A stretch of DNA of 64,000 nucleotides from Chloroflexota bacterium. Lineage in GTDB: Bacteria > Chloroflexota > Dehalococcoidia > UBA2979. Below the pieces are notes generated by a model that saw nothing but the letters and a program-made list of their open reading frames with translations, ran no database searches and was not told the DNA's origin. Shown piece after piece: positions 32,809-41,636 of this stretch (positions within the stretch are counted from its first letter, which is position 1; the number at the start of each line of letters is the position of its first letter). The stretch spans positions 3,039 to 67,038 of the forward strand of contig VXOS01000142.1 of assembly GCA_009839925.1 (NCBI GenBank), in the 5' to 3' direction. Both the position numbers and the translations under genes were made by a program.

Positions 32809-35800
32809 ATGGGCAGAGACGCGCCGACATCGGTCCTGTCCGCATGCCAGTGGTGCTCCGTGGATGCAATCCTGCCTGCTGACGTTCTTCCGCTACTCAT
32901 TCAGCTCGTGCCTGACGGGATCCGCGCGCTGCGCGCTCGTGATCCCGATGTCGTGGAGTCGGCGATAGTCGCCACGTCTGGGGTGTACCCGTCGATCGAA
33001 ATCGACGCGGCACTCCGGAAGTGGGCGGAGACTGCAGGTTTCGACGCTCTCATCGATCGGCTCGAGCAGGGCCAACGTAACGTTATTGATGCGGACGTGG
33101 TCCGTTCGTTCGTTGAAGAGGGCGACTTCTACCTGCCCGATGCTGAGGATCGAGACGACACGGCGGCGTCCGTGCTCTCTACACTCGCCCACCACTTGGT
33201 GGATGCACTGCTCCAGAGCAGCGGCGGACTAGCAGTGCTGGCAAATCGCATCGAGAAGCTCAGTGCTGAGAGTCAGGAGGCAACTACTACCCACATCGAC
33301 GCGGGCTTCGCTGCCATACAGGATCAACAGGAACAACTCCTCGCGGTGCTTCAGTCGTCCGCTGCGGTAGCCCTGCCGGGGGAGTCGGATGACGAGGCGG
33401 CGGCCGACCCGGAGTACGGCAACCTCGCAGCGCAACTCGAATCAGCGCGGGAACTGATCGCATCGGGAAAGGCCGCTTCGGCGCGTCCTCTCCTCGAGCT
33501 ACTCAAAGGCAGCGCTCAGGATGCGCCAGAGGACCTCCAATCCCGCGTTCTCACAAGCCTCGGAGCCTGCGCGCTCACACGCGGCGACATCGAGGAGGGC
33601 TGCACCTACTTGGAGGAGGCGCACAGGCTCCGCCCGGACAAGCCGGAAGCCCTCGCGAATGCCGCAGTGGCTGCCCGGCTTCGAGGCGATTCTCATCGCG
33701 CCATCGAATTGGCCCAACGATCACTCGAACTGAAGCCACAAGACGCACACGCCGCGTCCGTCCTAGCGGAATCCCTCTGGACGGCCCGCGAGAGCGAGCG
33801 ACTCGATGAGTTGGTCGTTGCTGAGAACTGGATGGTTGACGAGCCGCAATGCGCGGTCGCGCTCGCAGCGATCTGGACCGAACAGGGTCGCTTCGATGAA
33901 GCGATCGGTCTCTCACGGCGAATCGCCAAGCGCGAGGCGGAGGACTATGAAGCACGCCTTGTGCTCGCGGCGAGCCTGCTCACGGCTTCCCAGGCCCGCC
34001 AGGCCGCCGACACCGTCGCCTGGTGCCGTGAAGCGGAGTGCCAGGCCACTGGGGCGCTCAGGTTGCTGGAAGACAAGGAACTTCCGACGCAACGTCTCCA
34101 GGCTCTGAGCATCCGGGCCGGGGCCCGGCTGCTTCTTGGTGATCACGAAGGAGCCTTGAGTGATATCGACGCCGCACTCCGCGATGTCCCGGACGACTCG
34201 GGCGCGCTCCTTAACAAGGGTTTGGTATTCCTCGAGGCCGGCCGGTTCCCGGAGGCGCGAGCCTCGTTCGAACTCATCACGGACCCCGGTCTTGCCGCCA
34301 GGGCTCTCGTGCCCCACGCGACCGCATGCCACTGGTCAGGTGACGCGGCCGCGGCGGCCGGGTTGCTTCGTGGTCAGTTCTCCCTCAACCGGGGCGACTG
34401 GAACGACATCCACCGGGCCGAGCTGCTGTGCGAGGCTGAGGCGGCGCTCGGCGGTGAGGACTCGGTCCGGAGCTTGCTTGAACAAGCTCTGGAACAGAGG
34501 CCCGGGGACCCACGGCTGTTTGCCGTGGTCGCAACGCGCCATGAACTTCGTGGTGAGTACGACGCTGCGGAGGCCTCGCTCATGCAGGCGGTCGACCTCG
34601 CATCGGAGCCGGATCGCCACGAGCTCGTATGGCGGATCGCCAACTTCCACGCACGGCGGGAGCGCTACTCTGATGCGGCTGACGGGTACATCGAGGTTGT
34701 TGGAGGCGATGCCTCACATACGGCAGCGCTGGCACTCCTTCGCAGTCTCCAGAGCAGCGGAAGGTTACGCGAGGCACTCTCGTGGGCCCGAACGATTCGC
34801 GAGTCGCAGCACCTGCCGGCAAAGCTGGTCGTCGAAACCGAGGCGCAAGTCCTCAACTACGTGGGCGATGTCTCGGCGGCCGCCGAGCGCTGGGCCGACA
34901 TCTGTTCGCGCCCCGACGCAACGATGCTGGACGAAACGAGGCTAGCGCAGGCGTTGCTGTGGAGCGGGGAGCACGACTCGGCGACCGCTGCCGTTCGGGC
35001 AATCGACGCCTCGGAACTCCGGGACCATCCGCGAGAACTGCTCAACCTGGCGCGACTCAAGCACCTCCTTGGTGAAGAGGGCTACCTGGAGGACGCGTAC
35101 GCCGCCCTCCGGTACGGGCCCGACGATCCATCGATCCACCTCGGCTACTTCGCGCTGTGCCTCAACGAGGAAGATGATGCTCCTGGACCGGAGACGGTCG
35201 AGCCCGGTTACGCTGTGTTGCTCCGAGAAGGCTCCGAAGAGCGATGGTGGCGCATCCTCGAACACGGCGAAGAGCGACGTTCGGAGCACGAACTACTGCC
35301 CACCGAAGACCTAGCGCGTGCTCTCGTGGGCCGTGGGCGCGGTGATTCGGTGGTGCTTCAGGAGGGGATCGGGGCGCTCTCTGCCGAGGTCGTGGACATC
35401 CAGACCAAGTACGTTCGGGCGGCTCAGGAATCCACCGAAGCGTTCTCGACGCGATTCCCGGGCAACACCGACCTGACGCGCGTCCCCGTCGATGTCGATG
35501 ACTTGTCCAACATTCGCAGCCTCGTCAGTCAACGGGATGAGTTCGGTCGCGAGATCCTGAAGCTATATCAGGCGGACAAGGTGCCATTCGCCTTCCTGTG
35601 CGCCAAGCTCGGACGCCCGACGCCTGAAATCTGGCGCGCGAGCACCGCGAGCGGCGAGATCAGGATCCGCATTGGTGATGGGACTGAGATCGAATCTGCG
35701 CGGGCGGCCGAGTCGCTGCGCCGCGCCGACAGTATCGTGCTGGATATGGTCGCCCTGCTTACGATGCATGCGCTCGACCTGGGGGAATGCCTGCGCGCGC

Positions 35801-36660
35801 GGTTCGATCGCATCGGCGTGCCTCAGCAAGTTCTCGATGAAGTCCGGACGCTACTGTACGAAGTCACCCTGGGGAAGCGACCTCGAGCGACCCTCGCCAG
35901 GAACACCGACGGCTCGCCCGTGTTGCTCGAGGTTTCCGATCAGGAGTGGGCCGACCGCCAGGAGTTCGCCCGATCGCTTCTCGAGTTCGCCTCATCGTTC
36001 GAGACGATCGCGTCGTACCCCGTTCTCGATGTCGAACCGGATCACCTCGAAGCGCTTGCCGATCTAGTTACTCAGTCTGGTGTAGGGGCCCTCTACGCCG
36101 GCGATGAAGCCGCCCCCGAACGGCCGCTTCTCGTCTCGGACGATCTTGGGCTGGCCAATCTGACTCGCGCACTCGGGGGCGAGGCTGTGAACACACAGGC
36201 GGTGCTGCTGGAGCTGCACCGCGAGCGCATCCTGACGGACATGGAGTACTCCGGGCTCATCGCCCGCCTCGCTCAGTTGGGGTACCGGTTCGTCCGTCTG
36301 GACGCGGAGGACATCCTGCGGCTTCTGGAAGCCAACGGCTACATGACCGATGAGGCGACACGCGCATTGCTCGCGACAATCGAGGATCCGGAGTGCTCCA
36401 ACGAATCCGCGGTGTCTGTCACAGCCGAATTGATCGCGGCGCTGAGCGCACGGGGTCTTCCGCAACAGCAGGAGACGCTCCTCATCTCAGTGATTCTTGG
36501 GCATCTCCACGGCGGGCGCAGGACCACGCGGGCGCTGTACGAGTGCCTGTCCCAGCTCGAGATCAGGCTTGGACACGTTCCTACGGTGAGGGGGCGGGTC
36601 CTCGCTTCGGTGACCGACTACATTCGAATTGTGATGGGTGATCCGGATCTTGCGCTGTGA
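32809..36660 (+). CDS. Very large (1,283 aa) TPR-repeat protein with unknown N- and C-terminal domains
   Basis: Continuous ORF. Central region has repeated A/L-rich helical TPR-like units. C-terminal ~450 aa has Asp-containing blocks (SIVLDMVALL, PLLVSDDLGLANL) that could be PIN-like. Start codon uncertain. Confidence 0.6.
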   Translation: MGRDAPTSVLSACQWCSVDAILPADVLPLLIQLVPDGIRALRARDPDVVESAIVATSGVYPSIEIDAALRKWAETAGFDALIDRLEQGQRNVIDADVVRSFVEEGDFYLPDAEDRDDTAASVLSTLAHHLVDALLQSSGGLAVLANRIEKLSAESQEATTTHIDAGFAAIQDQQEQLLAVLQSSAAVALPGESDDEAAADPEYGNLAAQLESARELIASGKAASARPLLELLKGSAQDAPEDLQSRVLTSLGACALTRGDIEEGCTYLEEAHRLRPDKPEALANAAVAARLRGDSHRAIELAQRSLELKPQDAHAASVLAESLWTARESERLDELVVAENWMVDEPQCAVALAAIWTEQGRFDEAIGLSRRIAKREAEDYEARLVLAASLLTASQARQAADTVAWCREAECQATGALRLLEDKELPTQRLQALSIRAGARLLLGDHEGALSDIDAALRDVPDDSGALLNKGLVFLEAGRFPEARASFELITDPGLAARALVPHATACHWSGDAAAAAGLLRGQFSLNRGDWNDIHRAELLCEAEAALGGEDSVRSLLEQALEQRPGDPRLFAVVATRHELRGEYDAAEASLMQAVDLASEPDRHELVWRIANFHARRERYSDAADGYIEVVGGDASHTAALALLRSLQSSGRLREALSWARTIRESQHLPAKLVVETEAQVLNYVGDVSAAAERWADICSRPDATMLDETRLAQALLWSGEHDSATAAVRAIDASELRDHPRELLNLARLKHLLGEEGYLEDAYAALRYGPDDPSIHLGYFALCLNEEDDAPGPETVEPGYAVLLREGSEERWWRILEHGEERRSEHELLPTEDLARALVGRGRGDSVVLQEGIGALSAEVVDIQTKYVRAAQESTEAFSTRFPGNTDLTRVPVDVDDLSNIRSLVSQRDEFGREILKLYQADKVPFAFLCAKLGRPTPEIWRASTASGEIRIRIGDGTEIESARAAESLRRADSIVLDMVALLTMHALDLGECLRARFDRIGVPQQVLDEVRTLLYEVTLGKRPRATLARNTDGSPVLLEVSDQEWADRQEFARSLLEFASSFETIASYPVLDVEPDHLEALADLVTQSGVGALYAGDEAAPERPLLVSDDLGLANLTRALGGEAVNTQAVLLELHRERILTDMEYSGLIARLAQLGYRFVRLDAEDILRLLEANGYMTDEATRALLATIEDPECSNESAVSVTAELIAALSARGLPQQQETLLISVILGHLHGGRRTTRALYECLSQLEIRLGHVPTVRGRVLASVTDYIRIVMGDPDLAL

Positions 36661-36834
36661 GAGGGGAGCGGCCGCGCGTGTTCAGGATTTGGGCGAGGCG
36701 GTCGAGCAGCGCCATGGTCAGCTTCTCGTCGCCGAAGACCGGCACCCACTCGCTGGAGGGGCCGGGTTGGATGTGCGATCCGCAGAGATTCGGCCCCAAC
36801 GTTAGGACCTTTACGGCACGGTGGCCGATGCTGC

Positions 36835-37401
36835 TTAGCGGTGGTAGTCGGTGTGGCCGCGGCTCGCGGTCGGGCCCGTCTGGCCTTGGTACTTCGAGCG
36901 CAACTCGGGGGAGCCATACGGCCGCTCCGAGGGGGTCGTGAGTTCGAGGAAGGAGAGCTGGCCGATCTTCATTCCGTAGTAGAGCCGGATCGGCAGGTTC
37001 GCGACGTTCGAGAGCTCCATCGTCAGGTGACCGTCCCAACCCGAGTCGACGTATCCGGCTGTGCTGTGGATCAAAAGCCCTAGCCGGCCCAACGATGACT
37101 TGCCCTCGACTCGCGCGACGATGTCATCGCCGAGTGTCACGCGCTCAAGGGTGGAACCCAGCACGAATTCGCCCGGGTGCAAGACGAACGGTTCGTCGTC
37201 TCCGACCGTTTCCAGTTCGGTGAGATTCGCGGTCGATTCGCGCACGTCGATGTACGAGTCGCGGTGGTTGCGGAAGACGCGGAACTGGCGGTCGAGACGG
37301 ATGTCCACAGAGGCTGGCTGCAACGCGTCTTCGGCGAGCGGTTCGATGACGATCCTGCCCGATCCGAGCGCTTCGCGGATCGATCGGTCGGAGAGAACCA
37401 C
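36835..37401 (-). CDS. dcd: dCTP deaminase (canonical short form)
   Basis: 188 aa. [23 protein letters not shown] and [20 protein letters not shown] motifs. Confidence 0.85.
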   Translation of the reverse strand: MVLSDRSIREALGSGRIVIEPLAEDALQPASVDIRLDRQFRVFRNHRDSYIDVRESTANLTELETVGDDEPFVLHPGEFVLGSTLERVTLGDDIVARVEGKSSLGRLGLLIHSTAGYVDSGWDGHLTMELSNVANLPIRLYYGMKIGQLSFLELTTPSERPYGSPELRSKYQGQTGPTASRGHTDYHR

Positions 37402-37755
37402 AGGTCATTCCTCGAATCGGGGGAGCCCACAGATGCTACCGCGTGGACCATCGTGTGAACAGGCTAGAGGCCGACGATGAACGATCGCTGCACCTACCGC
37501 GTCGCCTGGTCAGGATAGGGAGAGTGCGTGGACCCGGGCCTGGAGTTACCCGCTCCTCGGCTGGCCGGCGCCGCGACCAACAGGCGCGCTCGCTAGGCGA
37601 GAGCCGAGAACCGATCAGGAGGATCCGGGGCCCGGGCGGGGACGGCGACTGCGGGGCGATCATCCTTGATGCTAGGCTTGCGGCGGAGTGAGGCGGTTCG
37701 AGATGAGACACCGTCGGCGGCATCACCAAGCGCATAGACGTACCGGGGCGAGCTG

Positions 37756-38013
37756 ATGCTGGAGCACAAGGGTTACGTCGGCGAAGTCGTGTACGACGAC
37801 CAGGCGGAGGTGCTGCACGTCCGCGTGACAAACAGCGGTTCCTACCCGATCGCGAACGCCGAGGCGACCGACGTCAAGGGCGTCACGCGGGAGTTCTGGC
37901 GGTCCATCGACGAGTACCTCGACGGATGCATGGAACTCGGCATCGACCCCGCGGCACCCACGCAGGTTCCGCCCAGACACGAGCGGGCTGATTGGCTGGT
38001 GGCGCCCGAGTAG
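37756..38013 (+). CDS. HicB-family antitoxin N-terminal-domain protein; no HicA partner nearby
   Basis: 85 aa. KGYVGEVVYDDQAEVLHVRVTN...EFWRSIDEYLDGC matches the HicB-like (DUF1902) fold. Confidence 0.55.
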   Translation: MLEHKGYVGEVVYDDQAEVLHVRVTNSGSYPIANAEATDVKGVTREFWRSIDEYLDGCMELGIDPAAPTQVPPRHERADWLVAPE

Positions 38014-38192
38014 CCCGCGGTGTGATGGCGCCGGCCGCTCTCGTGGCAACAGATTCAATAATGCGATCCGAGCGATGCGGGTCGGCCCCGCTCACACGTA
38101 TGATGCGCCGGACGATGTGAGAGTGGGTTGCGTTCTCTAGGGGGCGACCCACCAAGCACGGTCCGGTCACGGAGGCATCGGGAGGAGGCGCC

Positions 38193-38696
38193 TTGTCCAT
38201 CTTCAGGTTCGGGAAAGCTGCTTGGTTCACGCTAGTGACCCTGGGATACCTCTACGTTGGCGGGGCAGTGACTCTTGGCTGGTGGCCCGTTGGGGCACCG
38301 GCCGACCCGGGAATCGGGGTCTGGTTCTGCTGCTGGGCAGCGGGCGGACTCGGCGCGACCTTGGATGCAGTGCGGGGCCTGTACTGGTCGGTTGGCCTTG
38401 AACGGGCCGGTCGTCCACTTCCCATTCTCGATCCGTCGTCGACCTGGTGGTATGTCGTGCGCCCCCTGGCCGGCAGCCTCCTCGGCCTAGTGGGCTACGT
38501 CGCCGTGCGCCTGGTGCTGAGTCCGCTCAACGTACCCGCACCGGTCGATGAGCAATCGATGTTGCCGTTCGTTGCCGTCGCGTTCGCCGCTGGGTTCGGC
38601 TTGATGCGACTCATCGAGTGGCGCGACCGGACGGTAGACAACCTGTTCAGCGAGAGCGAGCGGTTGCTCAGTGATGAAATCGTCCTTCGACGCTGA
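38193..38696 (+). CDS. Hypothetical integral membrane protein (about 4 TM helices)
   Basis: 167 aa with four hydrophobic stretches rich in W/G. Confidence 0.5.
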   Translation: MSIFRFGKAAWFTLVTLGYLYVGGAVTLGWWPVGAPADPGIGVWFCCWAAGGLGATLDAVRGLYWSVGLERAGRPLPILDPSSTWWYVVRPLAGSLLGLVGYVAVRLVLSPLNVPAPVDEQSMLPFVAVAFAAGFGLMRLIEWRDRTVDNLFSESERLLSDEIVLRR

Positions 38697-39181
38697 GCTC
38701 GGATCACTGTGACCGCCTGCTGAAGGGGAGGTTCGGGAACTCGAGCGACGCTCTTGAGGACCGAGGAACACTCACCTCGACCCTTCGCATTGCAGCGCCT
38801 TCCGGCCAGCGAGCCCGCGAGATCGACGCTGCGGTCGGGACCGGCGCCTCTTACATCGCGATACCCGCCCCGTGGCCGCGGGAGGTGGGAGTTGAACCGT
38901 TCGGCGCGCGGGGGCTGCTGCTTGCCAATGGACGGCACGACCGCGCGGACATCGGGCAAGCGCCGGCAACGTTCCGGCGCTCAAGGCGTCAGGCTGGTGA
39001 GGACCGACCCGACTGCCGCCGCCCGGCGGACCCAGCCAATAGTTACTTCCGGTGCTCAGCCAGCGCACCCTGCACACTCGATGCGAGGGCGGCCCGAAGC
39101 GGAATCGAACCGTCCGTAGGTCAGAGAATCAAAAGGGTCTCGGCCGCGGTGACGAACCGCACGACAGTCTGCCCAGGCTGA
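38678..39181 (+). pseudogene. Retropepsin-like (clan AA) aspartic protease remnant; no start codon and active-site Asp replaced
   Basis: The frame reads EIDAAVGTGASYIAIP...LLLANGR...IGQAP, which resembles bacterial retropepsin-like proteases (DTGAS becomes GTGAS). No ATG/GTG/TTG start in frame. Confidence 0.3.
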
Positions 39182-39384
39182 AGCCCCTCCTCGACGAGAC
39201 AAGAAAGGACGGTTTCGAAGTCAGGATCGTGAGCGACCACCTCGCCATCCCACACGGCGATCCACTGCTCGGGGTACTGCTCAGTCAGGCGCGGCTCCAT
39301 CTCTGAGAACGCCGCGGCGTCGGCGCTGAACCGGCGCAGATTCTCGGATGCAGTCTCGAGCGAAAGGACCTGTTCCAGCGTCAT
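39121..39384 (-). CDS. Small hypothetical protein (DUF5678-like)
   Basis: 87 aa. QWIAVWDGEVVAHDPDFETV...GQTVVRFV resembles small antitoxin-like DUF5678 proteins. Confidence 0.4.
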   Translation of the reverse strand: MTLEQVLSLETASENLRRFSADAAAFSEMEPRLTEQYPEQWIAVWDGEVVAHDPDFETVLSCLVEEGLQPGQTVVRFVTAAETLLIL

Positions 39385-39541
39385 GCGCGCGCTCCTTGCC
39401 GGGGCGAGGCTACCAGGCCGCAGAGGCCGCGGTGAGCAGGGCGAGGCCGGCCTTGAACGTGTCGGCTATCGGGAATTCCATTCGTCAGTCTCGGGAGCAC
39501 CTGAGGTGCATCCGGGTAGATGGACCCGCTCGACGGAAGGG

Positions 39542-39841
39542 TCAGCGTTCCCACGACGCCTTCTCCTCGTCCAGATACGCCTTGACCTCCTCGCCCGTCT
39601 GGAGCAGGTGGTCCTCAGGGCCACTGTTCAGGATCTCCATGATGGAGCGGCTCTTCGTGACGCTGGACTCGTGCAATATAACGATGTCGGCCGTCTGGCC
39701 CGCCTCCAGATCCTCGCTAACGATCTCGAGCTTGCCGCCCGGGCGCACAGTCAACGTCACTTCAGTGCCCTCTTCGATGTCGAGGGGCTCCGAGGGCGTA
39801 AGCACGCCATTGGCGTAGGTGGCCTTGACGGTGGTGGTCAT
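39542..39841 (-). CDS. DUF104/AF2212-like putative antitoxin
   Basis: 99 aa. The N-terminal VKATYANGVLTPSEPLDIEEGTEVTLTV matches the DUF104 antitoxin fold. Confidence 0.5.
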   Translation of the reverse strand: MTTTVKATYANGVLTPSEPLDIEEGTEVTLTVRPGGKLEIVSEDLEAGQTADIVILHESSVTKSRSIMEILNSGPEDHLLQTGEEVKAYLDEEKASWER

Positions 39842-40212
39842 CAGCCGGCCCTCCCGGTGCGCGCGTCACCACTCCCTATCCTATCGCGCCCGTCGACGCG
39901 GGCCGCTTCCAAGACGATGTTCGCGCCGAGCCGGTCAGTCTCGGCAAGGAGCAGGCGGGAACGCTCCGGCGTGCGCTTCGTCCAGCAGAAACGGGGCCAC
40001 CGGAACGTTCGTATCGACGGCTGAGATCACCGGCCGCGCATCTCTTCGATCAGTTCGTCTGTGCTGTCGTACCCCAGGTGGCTCCAGCGGCCTCCCCACT
40101 TGTCGAGCGGGTTCTCACCCACGTCCTTTCTCAGGACAGAATCCGGCGATGGCGGGCTGTGAATTCGCCTGACCTTGCCTCCTCCATCCCGCTCCGAACT
40201 TTGTACCTGCAC

Positions 40213-40250
40213 AATTTCAATCCCGGCAACTGGCCTCACGATCGTTCCGA
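40213..40250 (+). repeat. 38-bp direct repeat, left copy (ATTTCAATCCCGGCAACTGGCCTCACGATCGTTCCGAC). CRISPR-repeat-like: GTTTCAATCC... at the 5' end and ...GTTGCGAC at the 3' end.
   Basis: Matches the 41230-41266 copy at about 32 of 38 positions. 1,017 bp apart, bracketing the HsdS fragment and the DUF433/DUF5615 cassette. Confidence 0.5.
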
Positions 40251-40257
40251 CGAATGA

Positions 40258-40532
40258 CCAAGGCAACTGGCCGACAAGAGCGTACTAGATTCAATCCCGC
40301 GGCTCACACCTCCAGTTCCAGAACAAACCGCCATCGTTCGTTACCTCGACCACGAGATCGCAGTCACCGCTACGGGCATTGACCGCCCGCGCCGCATGAT
40401 CGAGTTGCTCGGCGAGTATCGCACCCGCCTCGTCGCCGACATAGTCACTGTAAGATTGACGTACGCGAGGCGGCGTCGCGTCTGCCGGACGAGGAAGGCA
40501 GCGGCCGCGGTTACAAAGAGCCCGGTGAGTGA
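40258..40532 (+). pseudogene. hsdS: Type I restriction-modification specificity subunit (HsdS) C-terminal fragment, frameshifted
   Basis: Reads ...IPRLTPPVPEQTAIVRYLDHEIAVTATGIDRPRRMIELLGEYRTRLVADIVT, then after a 1-nt frameshift (G)KIDVREAA. This is the conserved HsdS C-terminal coiled-coil with the TGKIDVRE tail. No target-recognition domain or start codon. Confidence 0.45.
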
Positions 40533-40558
40533 TCGGTGATCGAGAGCGAGGTGACGGC

Positions 40559-40780
40559 ATGACAGATTGGGAGAGCTGCCCCGCGGTCGAGAATGTGCCT
40601 GGCAGGGTCAGTGGCGCCTCCGTCTTCTCAGGGACACGGGTGCCCGTCGCGGCTCTGTTCGAGAACTTGGCGAGCGGGGCCACGGTGGAGGAGTTCCTAG
40701 ACTGGTTCCCGGGCGTCGAGGAGTGGCAGGTGCGCGCCGTTCTCGAGCACGGGGCGAATTCCCTCCGTGTACCCGCCTAG
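40559..40780 (+). CDS. DUF433-family antitoxin-like protein
   Basis: Start MTDWESCP. SGTRVPVAALFENLASGATVEEFLDWFPGV matches the DUF433 fold. Confidence 0.7.
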   Translation: MTDWESCPAVENVPGRVSGASVFSGTRVPVAALFENLASGATVEEFLDWFPGVEEWQVRAVLEHGANSLRVPA

Positions 40781-40782
40781 TC

Positions 40783-41133
40783 GTGAGGATCCTGTTCGAT
40801 CAAGGCACGCCCGCTCCTCTCCGGCGACACCTGGGCGACCATGAGGTCGATACGGTGGCGGAGCTGGGGTGGTCGGAGTTGGCTAACGGTGACTTGATCG
40901 CGACGGCCGAGGACGAGGGCTACGACATCGTCATCACCACCGATCAGAGCATGCGCTACCAGCAGAACCTCACCGGCCGGCGGCTGGCGATCGTGGTATT
41001 GCTGTCCACCGCATGGCCGTACGTGCGCTTGCGGACCGAGGAGATTCGCGAGGCCCTCGCTCAGGTACGCCCGGCCGAGTTCAGGGAAGTCGCCATTCCC
41101 CACGCGGACGCATCATCTGATCCGCCGGGCTAG
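40783..41133 (+). CDS. DUF5615-family PIN-like (Mut7-C-like) putative toxin
   Basis: GTG start 3 nt after the DUF433 stop. VRILFDQGTP...GDLIATAEDEGYDIVITTDQSMRYQQNL...AIVVL matches DUF5615. DUF433+DUF5615 is a recurrent two-gene cassette. Confidence 0.7.
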   Translation: MRILFDQGTPAPLRRHLGDHEVDTVAELGWSELANGDLIATAEDEGYDIVITTDQSMRYQQNLTGRRLAIVVLLSTAWPYVRLRTEEIREALAQVRPAEFREVAIPHADASSDPPG

Positions 41134-41229
41134 TCGCGCTCAGCGATTGGGCTCCCCGCTGGGGGCGGCGTCCACTGGCTGCGCTCGACGAAGGCCGGGG
41201 GTTGCTGAAGTCTCACAACGCAACGACCC

Positions 41230-41266
41230 GTTTCAATCCCCGCGGCCGCCTCACGATCGTTGCGAC
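41230..41266 (+). repeat. 37-bp direct repeat, right copy (GTTTCAATCCCCGCGGCCGCCTCACGATCGTTGCGAC)
   Basis: See the left copy at 40213-40250. Confidence 0.5.
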
Positions 41267-41301
41267 AACGATGTAGGCGGCGAACCCAGTCAACCCTGCG
41301 A

Positions 41302-41395
41302 GTTTCAATCCCGCGGCGAGCGGCCGCGCTACGGCGGGCAACATGCGCTGCTGAATGAGTTTCGACCCCGCACTTCTGCCCGCCCGCAGAAAGTT
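41302..41395 (+). repeat. Two further degenerate partial copies of the GTTTC(A/G)A(T/C)CCCGC... repeat (at 41302 and 41359). A shorter copy (GATTCAATCCCGCGGCTCAC) lies at 40288.
   Basis: Shared 5' core GTTTCAATCCCGCGGC. Unit spacing 72 and 57 bp downstream of the 41230 copy. Confidence 0.35.
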
Positions 41396-41636
41396 GGCAC
41401 ACTCACCGTGTCTGGCACCGATCCCGGTCCGCCCTGGTCCCGATCGCCACGTGCACCAAGAAGGGACCGACCATGTCCGGCACGTAGGCCGCGCCTTCTG
41501 GTTGCGGTCGTGGCGCAGGAGAGGGGATCCAGCGTCTGGGGGTGACCGGCTGGCAGCCAGACCGCAGCGCATCAAACGGGACGTAGTCCTCCTCGTCGGA
41601 GGCAGCGCGTGCCGCCCGGACCGCCGAGACGCAGGC

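Noticed and set aside
36835-37401. Interpreting the second dcd as a defensive nucleotide-depleting dCTP deaminase
   Set aside because: It is a standard 188-aa Dcd without the additional N-terminal kinase-like domain found in characterised defensive dCTP deaminases.
39040-39130. tRNA-like T-arm (GGTTCGATTCC on the minus strand) that might mark an att site
   Set aside because: Flanking sequence does not form an acceptor stem, D-arm or anticodon arm. Only the 11-nt T-loop-like string matches. It lies inside the retropepsin-like frame.
40027-40266. 79-aa minus-strand ORF between the DUF104-like gene and the repeats
   Set aside because: No motif, Gly/Arg-rich, and it overlaps the left CRISPR-like repeat. 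Likely non-coding or a gene remnant.
40291-40683. 130-aa minus-strand ORF overlapping the HsdS fragment and DUF433 gene
   Set aside because: Low-complexity GC-frame translation. It overlaps two better-supported plus-strand features.
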